Shown one piece after another: positions 30,029-38,938 of a DNA stretch of 64,000 bases. Numbering within the stretch: position 1 is the stretch's first letter; every line of letters starts with the position of its first letter. The notes below the pieces were generated by a model that saw only the letters and a list, made by a program, of their open reading frames with translations, searched no databases and was not told the DNA's origin. Origin of the DNA: an uncultured Mesohalobacter sp. (GTDB taxonomy: Bacteria > Bacteroidota > Bacteroidia > Flavobacteriales > Flavobacteriaceae); assembly GCA_964577705.1 (NCBI GenBank), contig CAZOAD010000007.1:2621-66620 (forward strand). The letters are read 5' to 3'. The translations under genes and the position numbers were made by a program.

Positions 30029-30496
30029 TTAGTCCTTTTGATTCAGGCGTATAAAGTTGTAAACTCCTCTTCCTTCAGCAATTGGTAATTGTTCAGGATC
30101 ATCTTCTAGATAGCATTTCATATTAGCTACAAAGATTCTAGAACCCAATCTAAGCGTTCTGCCTTCAACAATTATTGATTTGGCATAAGCTGGTGAGAGA
30201 AAATCAACTCTTATGTCTATAGTTGCCATTTTATCTTTGATGGAACTCAGATGAGTTCCTCCTACAATTCCTCCAACAGAATCCATTACCGTAGTGATTA
30301 TACCTCCATGCCAGCGATTGGAACGAATATCACCAACTACCTCTGGTCTAAAAGGAACTTTTACTTTGACAAAATCCTTTTCTATATGAAGCAATTTCAA
30401 ACCCAAAAATTTGTGGATAGGCACAATTTCTTCTATCATTTTTTTTACAAAGTCGTCTTGTAAATCCATTGCCTTTATTTTGTAAAAAAATCCCAA
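30029..30496 (-). CDS. PaaI-family thioesterase (true start may be 30469)
   Basis: HGGIITTVMDSVGG, TIDIRVDFLSP hotdog motifs. Confidence 0.85.
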   Translation of the reverse strand: MGFFYKIKAMDLQDDFVKKMIEEIVPIHKFLGLKLLHIEKDFVKVKVPFRPEVVGDIRSNRWHGGIITTVMDSVGGIVGGTHLSSIKDKMATIDIRVDFLSPAYAKSIIVEGRTLRLGSRIFVANMKCYLEDDPEQLPIAEGRGVYNFIRLNQKD

Positions 30497-30534
30497 AGCA
30501 AATATAACTAAGGGATTAACTAGTCTTATGCTTC

Positions 30535-32961
30535 TTATCTTAAGCTAGCACCAAATTTAGTTTCAAATTGAGACTGTAATTTTTTCATCACTTTATCAAC
30601 TTGCTTATCAGTGAGTGTTTTCTTATCATCCATAAACTTGAACCGCAGAGCATAACTTTTTTTCTGCTCTGGGAGTTTATCGCCCTCGTAAACATCGAAT
30701 AAATCAACCCCTTTTAAAATTTTCTTATCAGTCTTAAATGCCAGCTCTTTTAAGTCATCAAATTTGACAGATTGATCTAATAACAAAGCAAAATCTCGTT
30801 GTGTTGAAGGAAATTTAGGAATTTCATTGACTTTCAATTGCTTTTTCTCAATTACATCCAAAACATTGTTCCAGTAGATATCTGCAAAAAGAACCTCTTG
30901 TTCAATATCAAAGTGATCTAAAACTGTGGATTTCACTCTGCCAAATTCAACAAGGGTTTTGGAATTTAATTTTCCGGTGAGTCCTTCAGAAATTGATTTA
31001 GATTCTACAGTGTGATACTCCAAATTCGACAATCCAAGTTTCTCGAAAACAAGTTCCAAATAGGCCTTCAAACCGAAGAAATTGGTTTTTTGTGGAGTTT
31101 CATTCCAAGACTCTGGAGACTTAGCACCAGTCAGAAATAATGACAGATGCTTGTATTCTTGAAATTCACCTTCAACTTTATGATAGGTTTTTCCAAATTC
31201 AAAAAACTTTAGATCTGTTTTTTTACGGTTAATGTTATAACTTACAGATTCAAGTCCAGAAAACAGCATCGACTGTCTCATCACACCTAAATCATTGCTC
31301 AAAGCATTCAGGATATCAACATTGTGCTCTTGCTTTAAGTCCTCTGCTAATTCCACGTAAGCTTTAGTCGTTAAAGAATTGGACATGATCTCAAAAAATC
31401 CCTGAGAGACCAATTGATCAGCTATCTTATTTTGAATCTTATAATCATCATAGATTGAAGAATTCGCTACAGATACATTGAATTTGCTATCAGATTCTAT
31501 GTTATTGTACCCATATACTCTTAAAATTTCTTCGATCACATCTACTTCGCGCTGGACATCAACTCTGTAAGCTGGAATGGTTAATCCAAGACCACTTTCA
31601 GATACATTGTTCACTTTGATGTCTAAAGAAGTTAAGATGGTTTTGATGACGCCAGTGTCGATTTCCTGTCCGATCAGTTGATTGATTTTATCAAAAGTTA
31701 AGAAGACTTGAAAATCTTCAATTTTCTTGGGGTAGAAATCGTCGATATCGCTAGAAACAACCCCACCTGCAATTTCCTGTATTAGAATCACGGCTCGTTT
31801 TAAGGCAAATTCTGTGATGTTCGGGTCAATTCCTCTTTCATAACGAAAGGAAGCGTCAGTATTAAGTCCGTGTCTTTTAGCTGTTTTTCTAATGCTCACT
31901 GGATTAAAGTATGCACTTTCAAGAAAAATTCCTGTTGTACTTTTGGTTACTCCAGAAGTTTCACCACCAAATACACCTGCCATACACAAAGGCTTTTCTG
32001 CATCGCAAATCATCAAATCATCTTCATGAAGTTCTCTTTCAACACCATCTAAGGTGGTAAATTTGGTTCCTGTTTTAAGGGTTTTTACTTCTATTTTATT
32101 GTTTTTGATTTTGTCCAAATCAAAAGCGTGAAGCGGCTGACCTAGTTCATGCAACACATAATTAGTAGCATCTACAATATTGTTTTTGGGGTTGATCCCT
32201 ATGGCTTTCAGTCTATTTTTTAACCAGTCTGGAGAATCTTTCACTTCCAATCCAGAAATCGTCACTCCGCAATATCTTGGAGCCAGTTCTGGTTGTTTTA
32301 CCGAAATAGAGACTCTTAAGCTTCTATTATCTACGTGAAAACTACTTATGGAAGGCGTATCCAACGCAATGTTAATTTCATTTTGAATTAATCCAGCTCT
32401 AAGATCCCTGGCAACTCCCCAGTGGCTCATTGCATCTGCACGATTGGGAGTGAGCCCAATTTCAAATACCTGATCTTTCTCAACTGAAAATACATTGTTT
32501 AGTGGTGTTCCAGGTATAAGGTGATCCCCTAAGACCATTATTCCCTCATGGCTTTTTCCAATACCAATTTCATCTTCTGCACAAATCATTCCTTCACTTA
32601 CCTCACCTCTTATTTTGCCCTTTTTGATGGGCCAAGGAGCACCTTTTTCATCATAAAGTGTCGTTCCAATAGTAGCTACAGGAACATTCTGTCCTTTGGC
32701 AACATTAGGAGCGCCACAAACAATGGATAGCAACTGCTCTTTACCCACGTTTACTTTCGTAATCTTTAAACGATCTGCATTAGGATGGGGTTCACAGGAC
32801 TCCACGTGACCAACGACAATTCCTTCAAGTCCTCCTTTTATGGATTCAAAAGCAGAAATTCCCTCTACCTCTAAACCCAAGTCTGTAAGTAAAACTTCAG
32901 TTTCTTCAGCTGTCCATTTAGTTTTCAGAAATTGTTTTAACCAGTTGTAAGAAATCTTCAT
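30535..32961 (-). CDS. pheT: Phenylalanine-tRNA ligase beta subunit
   Basis: MKISYNWLK, HPNADRL, VCGAPN, LTPNRAD, ELGQPLHAFD, FRYERG, C-terminal FDX-ACB domain. Confidence 0.97.
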   Translation of the reverse strand: MKISYNWLKQFLKTKWTAEETEVLLTDLGLEVEGISAFESIKGGLEGIVVGHVESCEPHPNADRLKITKVNVGKEQLLSIVCGAPNVAKGQNVPVATIGTTLYDEKGAPWPIKKGKIRGEVSEGMICAEDEIGIGKSHEGIMVLGDHLIPGTPLNNVFSVEKDQVFEIGLTPNRADAMSHWGVARDLRAGLIQNEINIALDTPSISSFHVDNRSLRVSISVKQPELAPRYCGVTISGLEVKDSPDWLKNRLKAIGINPKNNIVDATNYVLHELGQPLHAFDLDKIKNNKIEVKTLKTGTKFTTLDGVERELHEDDLMICDAEKPLCMAGVFGGETSGVTKSTTGIFLESAYFNPVSIRKTAKRHGLNTDASFRYERGIDPNITEFALKRAVILIQEIAGGVVSSDIDDFYPKKIEDFQVFLTFDKINQLIGQEIDTGVIKTILTSLDIKVNNVSESGLGLTIPAYRVDVQREVDVIEEILRVYGYNNIESDSKFNVSVANSSIYDDYKIQNKIADQLVSQGFFEIMSNSLTTKAYVELAEDLKQEHNVDILNALSNDLGVMRQSMLFSGLESVSYNINRKKTDLKFFEFGKTYHKVEGEFQEYKHLSLFLTGAKSPESWNETPQKTNFFGLKAYLELVFEKLGLSNLEYHTVESKSISEGLTGKLNSKTLVEFGRVKSTVLDHFDIEQEVLFADIYWNNVLDVIEKKQLKVNEIPKFPSTQRDFALLLDQSVKFDDLKELAFKTDKKILKGVDLFDVYEGDKLPEQKKSYALRFKFMDDKKTLTDKQVDKVMKKLQSQFETKFGASLR

Positions 32962-33058
32962 AATATATATCTAAGAAGCCGCAAAGATAACAATACGACT
33001 TAGCTCTTAAAATTTTTATTCCTCTAAAATTATAGTAAATTGAGCAAAAATTTTAAAC

Positions 33059-34396
33059 ATGAAAACGATACTTACTATTGCCTTTCTAGGCTTTTCAACC
33101 TTTTTTTATGGTCAAGTAGACACCAGAATTTATGATATTGTGGATGCTGTCTCGGCTGAGAAATTGGAATATTATGTTCAAAATCTAGTGGATTTTGGCA
33201 CTCGAAATACCTTTAGTGAAACCAAAAGCGATACCAGAGGGATTGGCGCTGCAAGGCGATGGATCAAATCCGAATTTGAAGAGATTTCTTCAAATTGCAA
33301 CAACTGCTTAGACGTCTTTTTTCAAGGCGAGACTGTAACCCCAGAAGACGGGAATAGAATACCTAAAACTGCAGAAATACTTAATGTGGTTGCTATACAG
33401 AAAGGGAAAAAATATCCAAATTCTTATATTATTATGAGTGGGGATATAGACTCAAGGGCATCAGACACTCAAGATTTTAAAACAGATGCTCCAGGTGCAA
33501 ATGACAATGCCACCGGTATGGCAGGAGCGATGGAAGCTGCCAGAGTACTTTCCAACTATGAATTCGATCATAGTATTGTTTATGTTGGTTTGAGTGGTGA
33601 AGAGCAGGGATTATATGGAGGTCAATTTTTAGCTAAATACGCCAAAGAAAACGACTGGAATATTATTGGTATTTTAAACAATGATATGATAGGAAATATT
33701 GAGGGAGTTGATGGCGTTATTGATAATAGAACGTTTAGAATTTTTAGTGAAGCTCACAATCCTACCGAAACCGACAGAGAACGACAAATGAAACGCTTTT
33801 ATGGAGGGGAAGTCGATGGCGCATCTAGACAATTGGCTAGATATGTTTACGAGACCACTAAAACCTACATGCCAGAGATGAATCCTATGATGATTTATCG
33901 CTTGGACCGTTTTGGCCGAGGAGGACACCATAAGCCTTTCAATGATTTGGGCTTTCCTGGCATTAGAATCATGGAAGCTCATGAAAATTATACTCAACAA
34001 CATCAGGATATAAGAACTGAAAACGGAATTGAGTATGGAGATGTGATAGAGCACGTCAACTTTGATTATGTTAAAAAACTTACGGCTGTGAATGCCATTT
34101 CGATGGCAAGTCTGGCTTGGGCTCCGCCTGCTCCTTATGAAGTTGCTATTGGCGGTATTGTAGAACCTTCAGTAAAACTGAAATGGCAACAAAGAAATCC
34201 TAGTGACGTTAAAGGCTACAAAGTATACTGGAGATCTACTACTTCGCCCACTTGGGATCATTTTAGATATGTAGAAAATGTTAGTGAACTTACTTTAGAA
34301 GGTATAATCATCGATAACTTTTTCTTCGGCATAGCTGCCGTTGACAATGATGGAAATGAAAGCGTGGTTGTGTTTCCTTCAAAAATATGGAGATAA
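33059..34396 (+). CDS. M28-family metallopeptidase with C-terminal FN3-like domain
   Basis: Signal peptide; GANDNATG, GEEQGLYG, NNDMIG; beta-rich C-terminus (GYKVYWR). Confidence 0.88.
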   Translation: MKTILTIAFLGFSTFFYGQVDTRIYDIVDAVSAEKLEYYVQNLVDFGTRNTFSETKSDTRGIGAARRWIKSEFEEISSNCNNCLDVFFQGETVTPEDGNRIPKTAEILNVVAIQKGKKYPNSYIIMSGDIDSRASDTQDFKTDAPGANDNATGMAGAMEAARVLSNYEFDHSIVYVGLSGEEQGLYGGQFLAKYAKENDWNIIGILNNDMIGNIEGVDGVIDNRTFRIFSEAHNPTETDRERQMKRFYGGEVDGASRQLARYVYETTKTYMPEMNPMMIYRLDRFGRGGHHKPFNDLGFPGIRIMEAHENYTQQHQDIRTENGIEYGDVIEHVNFDYVKKLTAVNAISMASLAWAPPAPYEVAIGGIVEPSVKLKWQQRNPSDVKGYKVYWRSTTSPTWDHFRYVENVSELTLEGIIIDNFFFGIAAVDNDGNESVVVFPSKIWR

Positions 34397-34414
34397 ATAG
34401 AACTTATAGACACT

Positions 34415-34452
34415 AAAAAAGGACTTATCCAATTGGATAAGTCCTTTCTTTT
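34415..34452. terminator. Bidirectional terminator between the M28 peptidase and tRNA-His
   Basis: AAAGGACTTATCC-AATT-GGATAAGTCCTTT, a perfect inverted repeat with A/T tails. Confidence 0.8.
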
Positions 34453-34453
34453 G

Positions 34454-34528
34454 GGTGGAAGATGGGGCTCGAACCCACGACCCCTGGTACCACAAACCAG
34501 TGCTCTAACCAACTGAGCTACATCCACC
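34454..34528 (-). tRNA. tRNA-His(GUG); G-1 encoded, CCA not encoded
   Basis: Minus strand: G GTGGATG TAGCTCAGTTGGTTAGAGC A CTGGT TTGTGGT ACCAG GGGTC GTGGG TTCGAGC CCCAT CTTCCAC C. A -7 box TAAATTTG lies at 34556-34549. Confidence 0.96.
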
Positions 34529-34620
34529 AGTTGTCTGTAAAGACGATGCAAATTTAATATAAAATTGCGTTCTACAAAATGATTTCAATAAATAAGAAGA
34601 AAATTATGCTTTCAAAATTA

Positions 34621-34654
34621 TAACCCATTCAATTCGCTAAAATTGAATGGGTTA
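34621..34654 (-). terminator. Hairpin downstream of the acyl-CoA synthetase fusion
   Basis: TAACCCATTCAATT / AATTGAATGGGTTA, 14-bp perfect arms. Confidence 0.65.
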
Positions 34655-34687
34655 TTTATTAGCTGAAATCTATAACTTGAGATTTTT

Positions 34688-37600
34688 TTATTCTTGATTC
34701 AAAAAAGGCTCAACTTTCTCTTTGATTTCTTCTACAATACTAGGATCCAATAAAGTTGATACATCTCCTATTTGACCTGCTTCACCAGAAGAAATTTTTC
34801 TCATAATTCTTCTCATAATTTTCCCGCTTCTTGTTTTTGGTAAACCAGAAACGAAGTGAATGCGATCTAACTTTGCAATTGGACCAATTTTACTAGAGAT
34901 CAGTTGATTGATTTCTTTGCTTAAGTTTTCTTTATTTCTGGATTCGCCATCATTTTTCAAAATCACAAAACCAGCTAAAGCATTTCCTTTTACATTATGG
35001 GGGAAACCAATAATAGCAGATTCAGCTACAGCTGGATGTTCATTGATCGCATCTTCAATAGGCGCTGTACCCAGATTATGTCCCGACACGATGATGACAT
35101 CATCTACCCTACCTGTAATTCTGTAGTAGCCCACCTCATCGCGAAGTGCTCCATCACCGGTAAAGTAAACATTTTTGAATGCAGAAAAGTAAGTATCCTT
35201 ATAGCGTTGATGATTTCCATAAACAGTCCTGGCCATACTGGGCCACGGATGCTTAATGCATAACCTTCCGGAAACCGAATTACCTTCAATTTCTTTTCCG
35301 TTTTCATCCATCAATGATGGCTGAATTCCGGGAAGTGGTAGTGTAGCATAAGTTGGCTTGGTTGGAGTCACGAAAGGTATTGGGGATATCATGATACCGC
35401 CCGTCTCCGTTTGCCACCAGGTGTCCACAATTGGGCATTTCTTCTTTCCAATATTTTCATTGTACCAGTTCCAAGCTTCCTCATTAATAGGCTCTCCAAC
35501 ACTTCCTAAAACTTTTAAAGAAGATAAATCATACGTATTGACAAATTCAATATCCTGTTTTGCAAGAGCTCGAATAGCTGTTGGAGCAGTATAAAACTGG
35601 TTAACTTTGTACTTGTCTACAATATCCCAAAACCTGCCATAATCTGGATAAGAGGGGACACCTTCAAACATCAATGTAGTTGCTCCATTGAGAAGAGGTC
35701 CGTAGACAATGTAGGAGTGTCCGGTAATCCAACCGATATCTGCTGTACACCAGTAGACATCATTTTCTTGATATTGAAATACATTTTTGAAAGAAAAAGC
35801 GGTATACACCATATATCCAGCGGTGGTATGAACCATACCTTTAGGTGTTCCAGTAGAACCGGAAGTATACAAAATGAAAAGCATGTCTTCCGCATCCATT
35901 ACTTCTGCCTCACATTTGTCATCGACTTGCTTTAATTCTTCATGTAACCAAAGGTCACGATTTTCAACCATTTCAATTTTTGAAAAAGTGCGTTTAGCCA
36001 CCAGCACACATTCTACTGAAGGTGTACTTTCCAAAGCTTCATCGACGATGCCTTTCAAATCAATGCTTTTGGATCCTCTGTAAGATCCATCTGAAGTAAT
36101 CACCATTTTACAGTCGGAGTCATTTATCCTTGAGGCTAAGGCTGAAGCTGAAAACCCGGCAAAAACGACAGAATGCACCGCTCCTGTCCTCGCACAAGCT
36201 AAGGTAGCAATCGCCAATTCTGGTATCATGGGTAGGTAAATGCAAACTCGATCTCCCTTCTGAATACCGTTTTTCTTCATCACATTTGCCATCTTATTCA
36301 CTCGCTTTGATAACTCAGCATAACTAATGTGAAGTGCTTCTTCGTCAGGATTATTGGGTTCCCAAATGATGGCTGTTTTATTGCCTCTTATATTCAAATG
36401 CCTGTCAATAGCATTTTCAGTGATGTTAAGTTGGGCGCCTTCAAACCAAGTTGCCTTGGCTTCTTCAGGATCCCATTTCAATACGGTATCCCATTTTTTT
36501 CTCCATTGAAAATTACGCTCTGCAATGGTGCTCCAGAAGTTTTCTGGGTCGTTTTGAGATATTCTATACACATCCATATACTTCGCCAGCGAATCGATGT
36601 TGTAGTAACTTTTGGTTAATGCCTTTAAAGATTGTGTCACCTGATTTTTATTGGTACTAAATGCCCCAATTTTTTGCTGACTGAAGGTTTCAATTATTTC
36701 ACTGATCACCATTGGATCTTCAATAGTTGACGGTAAACTATAAGGCTCGCCAGCTACAAGTTTTCTTAAGGTTCTTCGCAAAGTCTTACCACTTCGCGTT
36801 TTGGGGAGTCTTTTCACCATAACTACGTTTTTCAAGGCAGCAATGGGACCAATTTTATCTCTGACAAGTTGAATGATTTCAGTTTCCATTTTATAAGACT
36901 CGTAGTTTTCTTCGCCAGTTTTTGGAACTACGATGGCCAAGGGAACTTCACCTTTCAATTCATCATGAAGTCCAACTACAGCACATTCAGCAACAGAAGG
37001 GTGCTGAGACACCACTTCTTCTAAAGCTGCTGTAGAAAGCCTATGCCCGGAAACGTTGATCACATCATCTATTCTTCCTGTTATAAAAACGTAGCCCTCC
37101 TTATCGATATAACCGCCATCGCCAGAGAAGTAGTATCCTGGGAACTTACTCAAATAGCCGTTTTTATAACGTTCATGATTCTTCCATAGGGTTTGCATGA
37201 AACCAGGGGGCAGAGGTAATTTGGAACAAATGTAACCTTCAGTATTTGCTGGCAAAACCTCTCCATCTTCGGAGAGAACTTGAAGGTTATAGCCTGGGAC
37301 TGGTTTCCCTGCAGATCCTGGTATAACTGGTAAAGCATCCATACCCATGTAGTTAGCCACAATAGGCCAACCAGATTCTGTTTGCCACCAATGGTCAATA
37401 ACAGGAATTTTTAAATGTTTTTCTGCCCATTTCAAAGTAGTTTCATCACAACGCTCACCCGCTAAAAATTGATACTTAAGTGAAGAAATATCATACTTTT
37501 TGATAAACTTTCCTTCCGGATCTTCTTTTTTTATAGCTCTGAATGCAGTTGGAGCTGTGAACATTACATTTACTTTATGGTCTTCAATCACCCTCCAAAA

Positions 37601-38551
37601 GGCTCCAGCATCTGGTGTCTTTATGGGTTTGCCTTCATAGATAATCGTTGTATTTCTTTGTATCATTGGAGCATACACAATATAACTATGACCTACAACC
37701 CAACCCACATCGGATGCAGCCCAAAAGGTATCGCCAGGCTGAGTCCCATAGATATTTTTCATCGAATATTTGAGACCAACGGCATAGCCACCTGTATCTC
37801 TCACTACCCCTTTTGGAGATCCTGTTGTTCCTGAAGTATATAAGATATAAGACGGATCTTTGGATTTTAAAGGCACTGCATCTGCCGGTTTGGCTTTTTC
37901 AAGCAGTGATAAATAATCAATATCGTAAGGTTTTTGTTCAAATTCTACCCCCAGCTTTCTATTGAAAACTACCACTTTTTCAACCTTATGGATAGCCTTT
38001 TCAATAGCTTCATCCACCATAGACTTGTAAGCAATAAGTCTATCCACTTCAATTCCTGATGTAGCGGTAATGATGACTTTTGGTTTTGCATCATCAATTC
38101 TCATCGCCAATTCATCTGGTGCAAAGCCTCCAAAAACCACCGAATGTATGGCTCCTATTCTGGCACAGGCTAACATACTAAACAAGGAGTGAGAAATCAT
38201 CGGCATATAAATAATGACCCGGTCTCCTTTCTCTACACCCAGTTCCCTGAGTCCTCCTGCGAGTTTAGATACTTTTTCTAAAACCTCGTTATAGGTATAT
38301 TTCACCTGTTTTTGCCTTACCGCAGAGTCGTAGATAAGTGCCAATTCATCGCCGTACCCATCTTCTACATGTTGATCTATGCACAAGTAACTTAAGTTGG
38401 TTTCACCATCTGGGAACCAATGGTAAATACCTTCAGAAGTTTGCTCCATTGCTACAGTTGGTGCTTTAAACCACTTGATGTTCTTGGACTCTTGCATCCA
38501 AAATTCCTCTGGTTGTTCAATACTTTTTTGATAAGCTTCTTTATAATTCAT
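34688..38551 (-). CDS. acs: Tandem fusion of a PrpE-like propionyl-CoA synthetase (aa ~1-630) and acetyl-CoA synthetase Acs (aa ~645-1287)
   Basis: Two full motif sets: YTSGTTGSPKG / YTSGSTGTPKG, WVVGHSY / WITGHSY, DHWWQTESG / DTWWQTETGG, PKTRSGKT / PKTRSGKI. Single open frame. Confidence 0.92.
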   Translation of the reverse strand: MNYKEAYQKSIEQPEEFWMQESKNIKWFKAPTVAMEQTSEGIYHWFPDGETNLSYLCIDQHVEDGYGDELALIYDSAVRQKQVKYTYNEVLEKVSKLAGGLRELGVEKGDRVIIYMPMISHSLFSMLACARIGAIHSVVFGGFAPDELAMRIDDAKPKVIITATSGIEVDRLIAYKSMVDEAIEKAIHKVEKVVVFNRKLGVEFEQKPYDIDYLSLLEKAKPADAVPLKSKDPSYILYTSGTTGSPKGVVRDTGGYAVGLKYSMKNIYGTQPGDTFWAASDVGWVVGHSYIVYAPMIQRNTTIIYEGKPIKTPDAGAFWRVIEDHKVNVMFTAPTAFRAIKKEDPEGKFIKKYDISSLKYQFLAGERCDETTLKWAEKHLKIPVIDHWWQTESGWPIVANYMGMDALPVIPGSAGKPVPGYNLQVLSEDGEVLPANTEGYICSKLPLPPGFMQTLWKNHERYKNGYLSKFPGYYFSGDGGYIDKEGYVFITGRIDDVINVSGHRLSTAALEEVVSQHPSVAECAVVGLHDELKGEVPLAIVVPKTGEENYESYKMETEIIQLVRDKIGPIAALKNVVMVKRLPKTRSGKTLRRTLRKLVAGEPYSLPSTIEDPMVISEIIETFSQQKIGAFSTNKNQVTQSLKALTKSYYNIDSLAKYMDVYRISQNDPENFWSTIAERNFQWRKKWDTVLKWDPEEAKATWFEGAQLNITENAIDRHLNIRGNKTAIIWEPNNPDEEALHISYAELSKRVNKMANVMKKNGIQKGDRVCIYLPMIPELAIATLACARTGAVHSVVFAGFSASALASRINDSDCKMVITSDGSYRGSKSIDLKGIVDEALESTPSVECVLVAKRTFSKIEMVENRDLWLHEELKQVDDKCEAEVMDAEDMLFILYTSGSTGTPKGMVHTTAGYMVYTAFSFKNVFQYQENDVYWCTADIGWITGHSYIVYGPLLNGATTLMFEGVPSYPDYGRFWDIVDKYKVNQFYTAPTAIRALAKQDIEFVNTYDLSSLKVLGSVGEPINEEAWNWYNENIGKKKCPIVDTWWQTETGGIMISPIPFVTPTKPTYATLPLPGIQPSLMDENGKEIEGNSVSGRLCIKHPWPSMARTVYGNHQRYKDTYFSAFKNVYFTGDGALRDEVGYYRITGRVDDVIIVSGHNLGTAPIEDAINEHPAVAESAIIGFPHNVKGNALAGFVILKNDGESRNKENLSKEINQLISSKIGPIAKLDRIHFVSGLPKTRSGKIMRRIMRKISSGEAGQIGDVSTLLDPSIVEEIKEKVEPFLNQE

Positions 38552-38563
38552 AACTGTGTATTT

Positions 38564-38938
38564 TTAAGATTTTTGTATTATTAATTCACTTACAGTGCTA
38601 AGAAGTTTTTTCATAGAAAACGGTTTTTTGATGTAGGCTTTAGCACCGAGAGTCATGGCTTTATCTATATCGCTTTCTTTCTGTTTAGCACTTATTATAA
38701 CAGTTTGTGTTGTTTCCTTTAGAGTTTTATGCTGTTTCAGATGTTGTAAAACTTCGTAGCCATCCACTTTAGGCATCATGATGTCCAGAATGACCAAGTC
38801 AGGCTCCAGTTTTTCTGCAAGTGCAATCGCTTCTTCACCATCTCTAGCAATAAATACCTCATAACCATTTTTTCTCAACGTGTATTCTACAGCCATTATA
38901 ATATTAGGCTCATCATCTACAACTAGAATCTTTTTCAT
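38564..38938 (-). CDS. Stand-alone response-regulator receiver protein
   Basis: ILVVDDE, LDIMMP (phospho-Asp), IISA, YIKKPF; no output domain. Confidence 0.93.
   Translation of the reverse strand: MKKILVVDDEPNIIMAVEYTLRKNGYEVFIARDGEEAIALAEKLEPDLVILDIMMPKVDGYEVLQHLKQHKTLKETTQTVIISAKQKESDIDKAMTLGAKAYIKKPFSMKKLLSTVSELIIQKS

Noticed and set aside
34258..34551. 97-aa minus-strand ORF
   Set aside because: Reads through tRNA-His and a terminator, and is antisense to the M28 gene.
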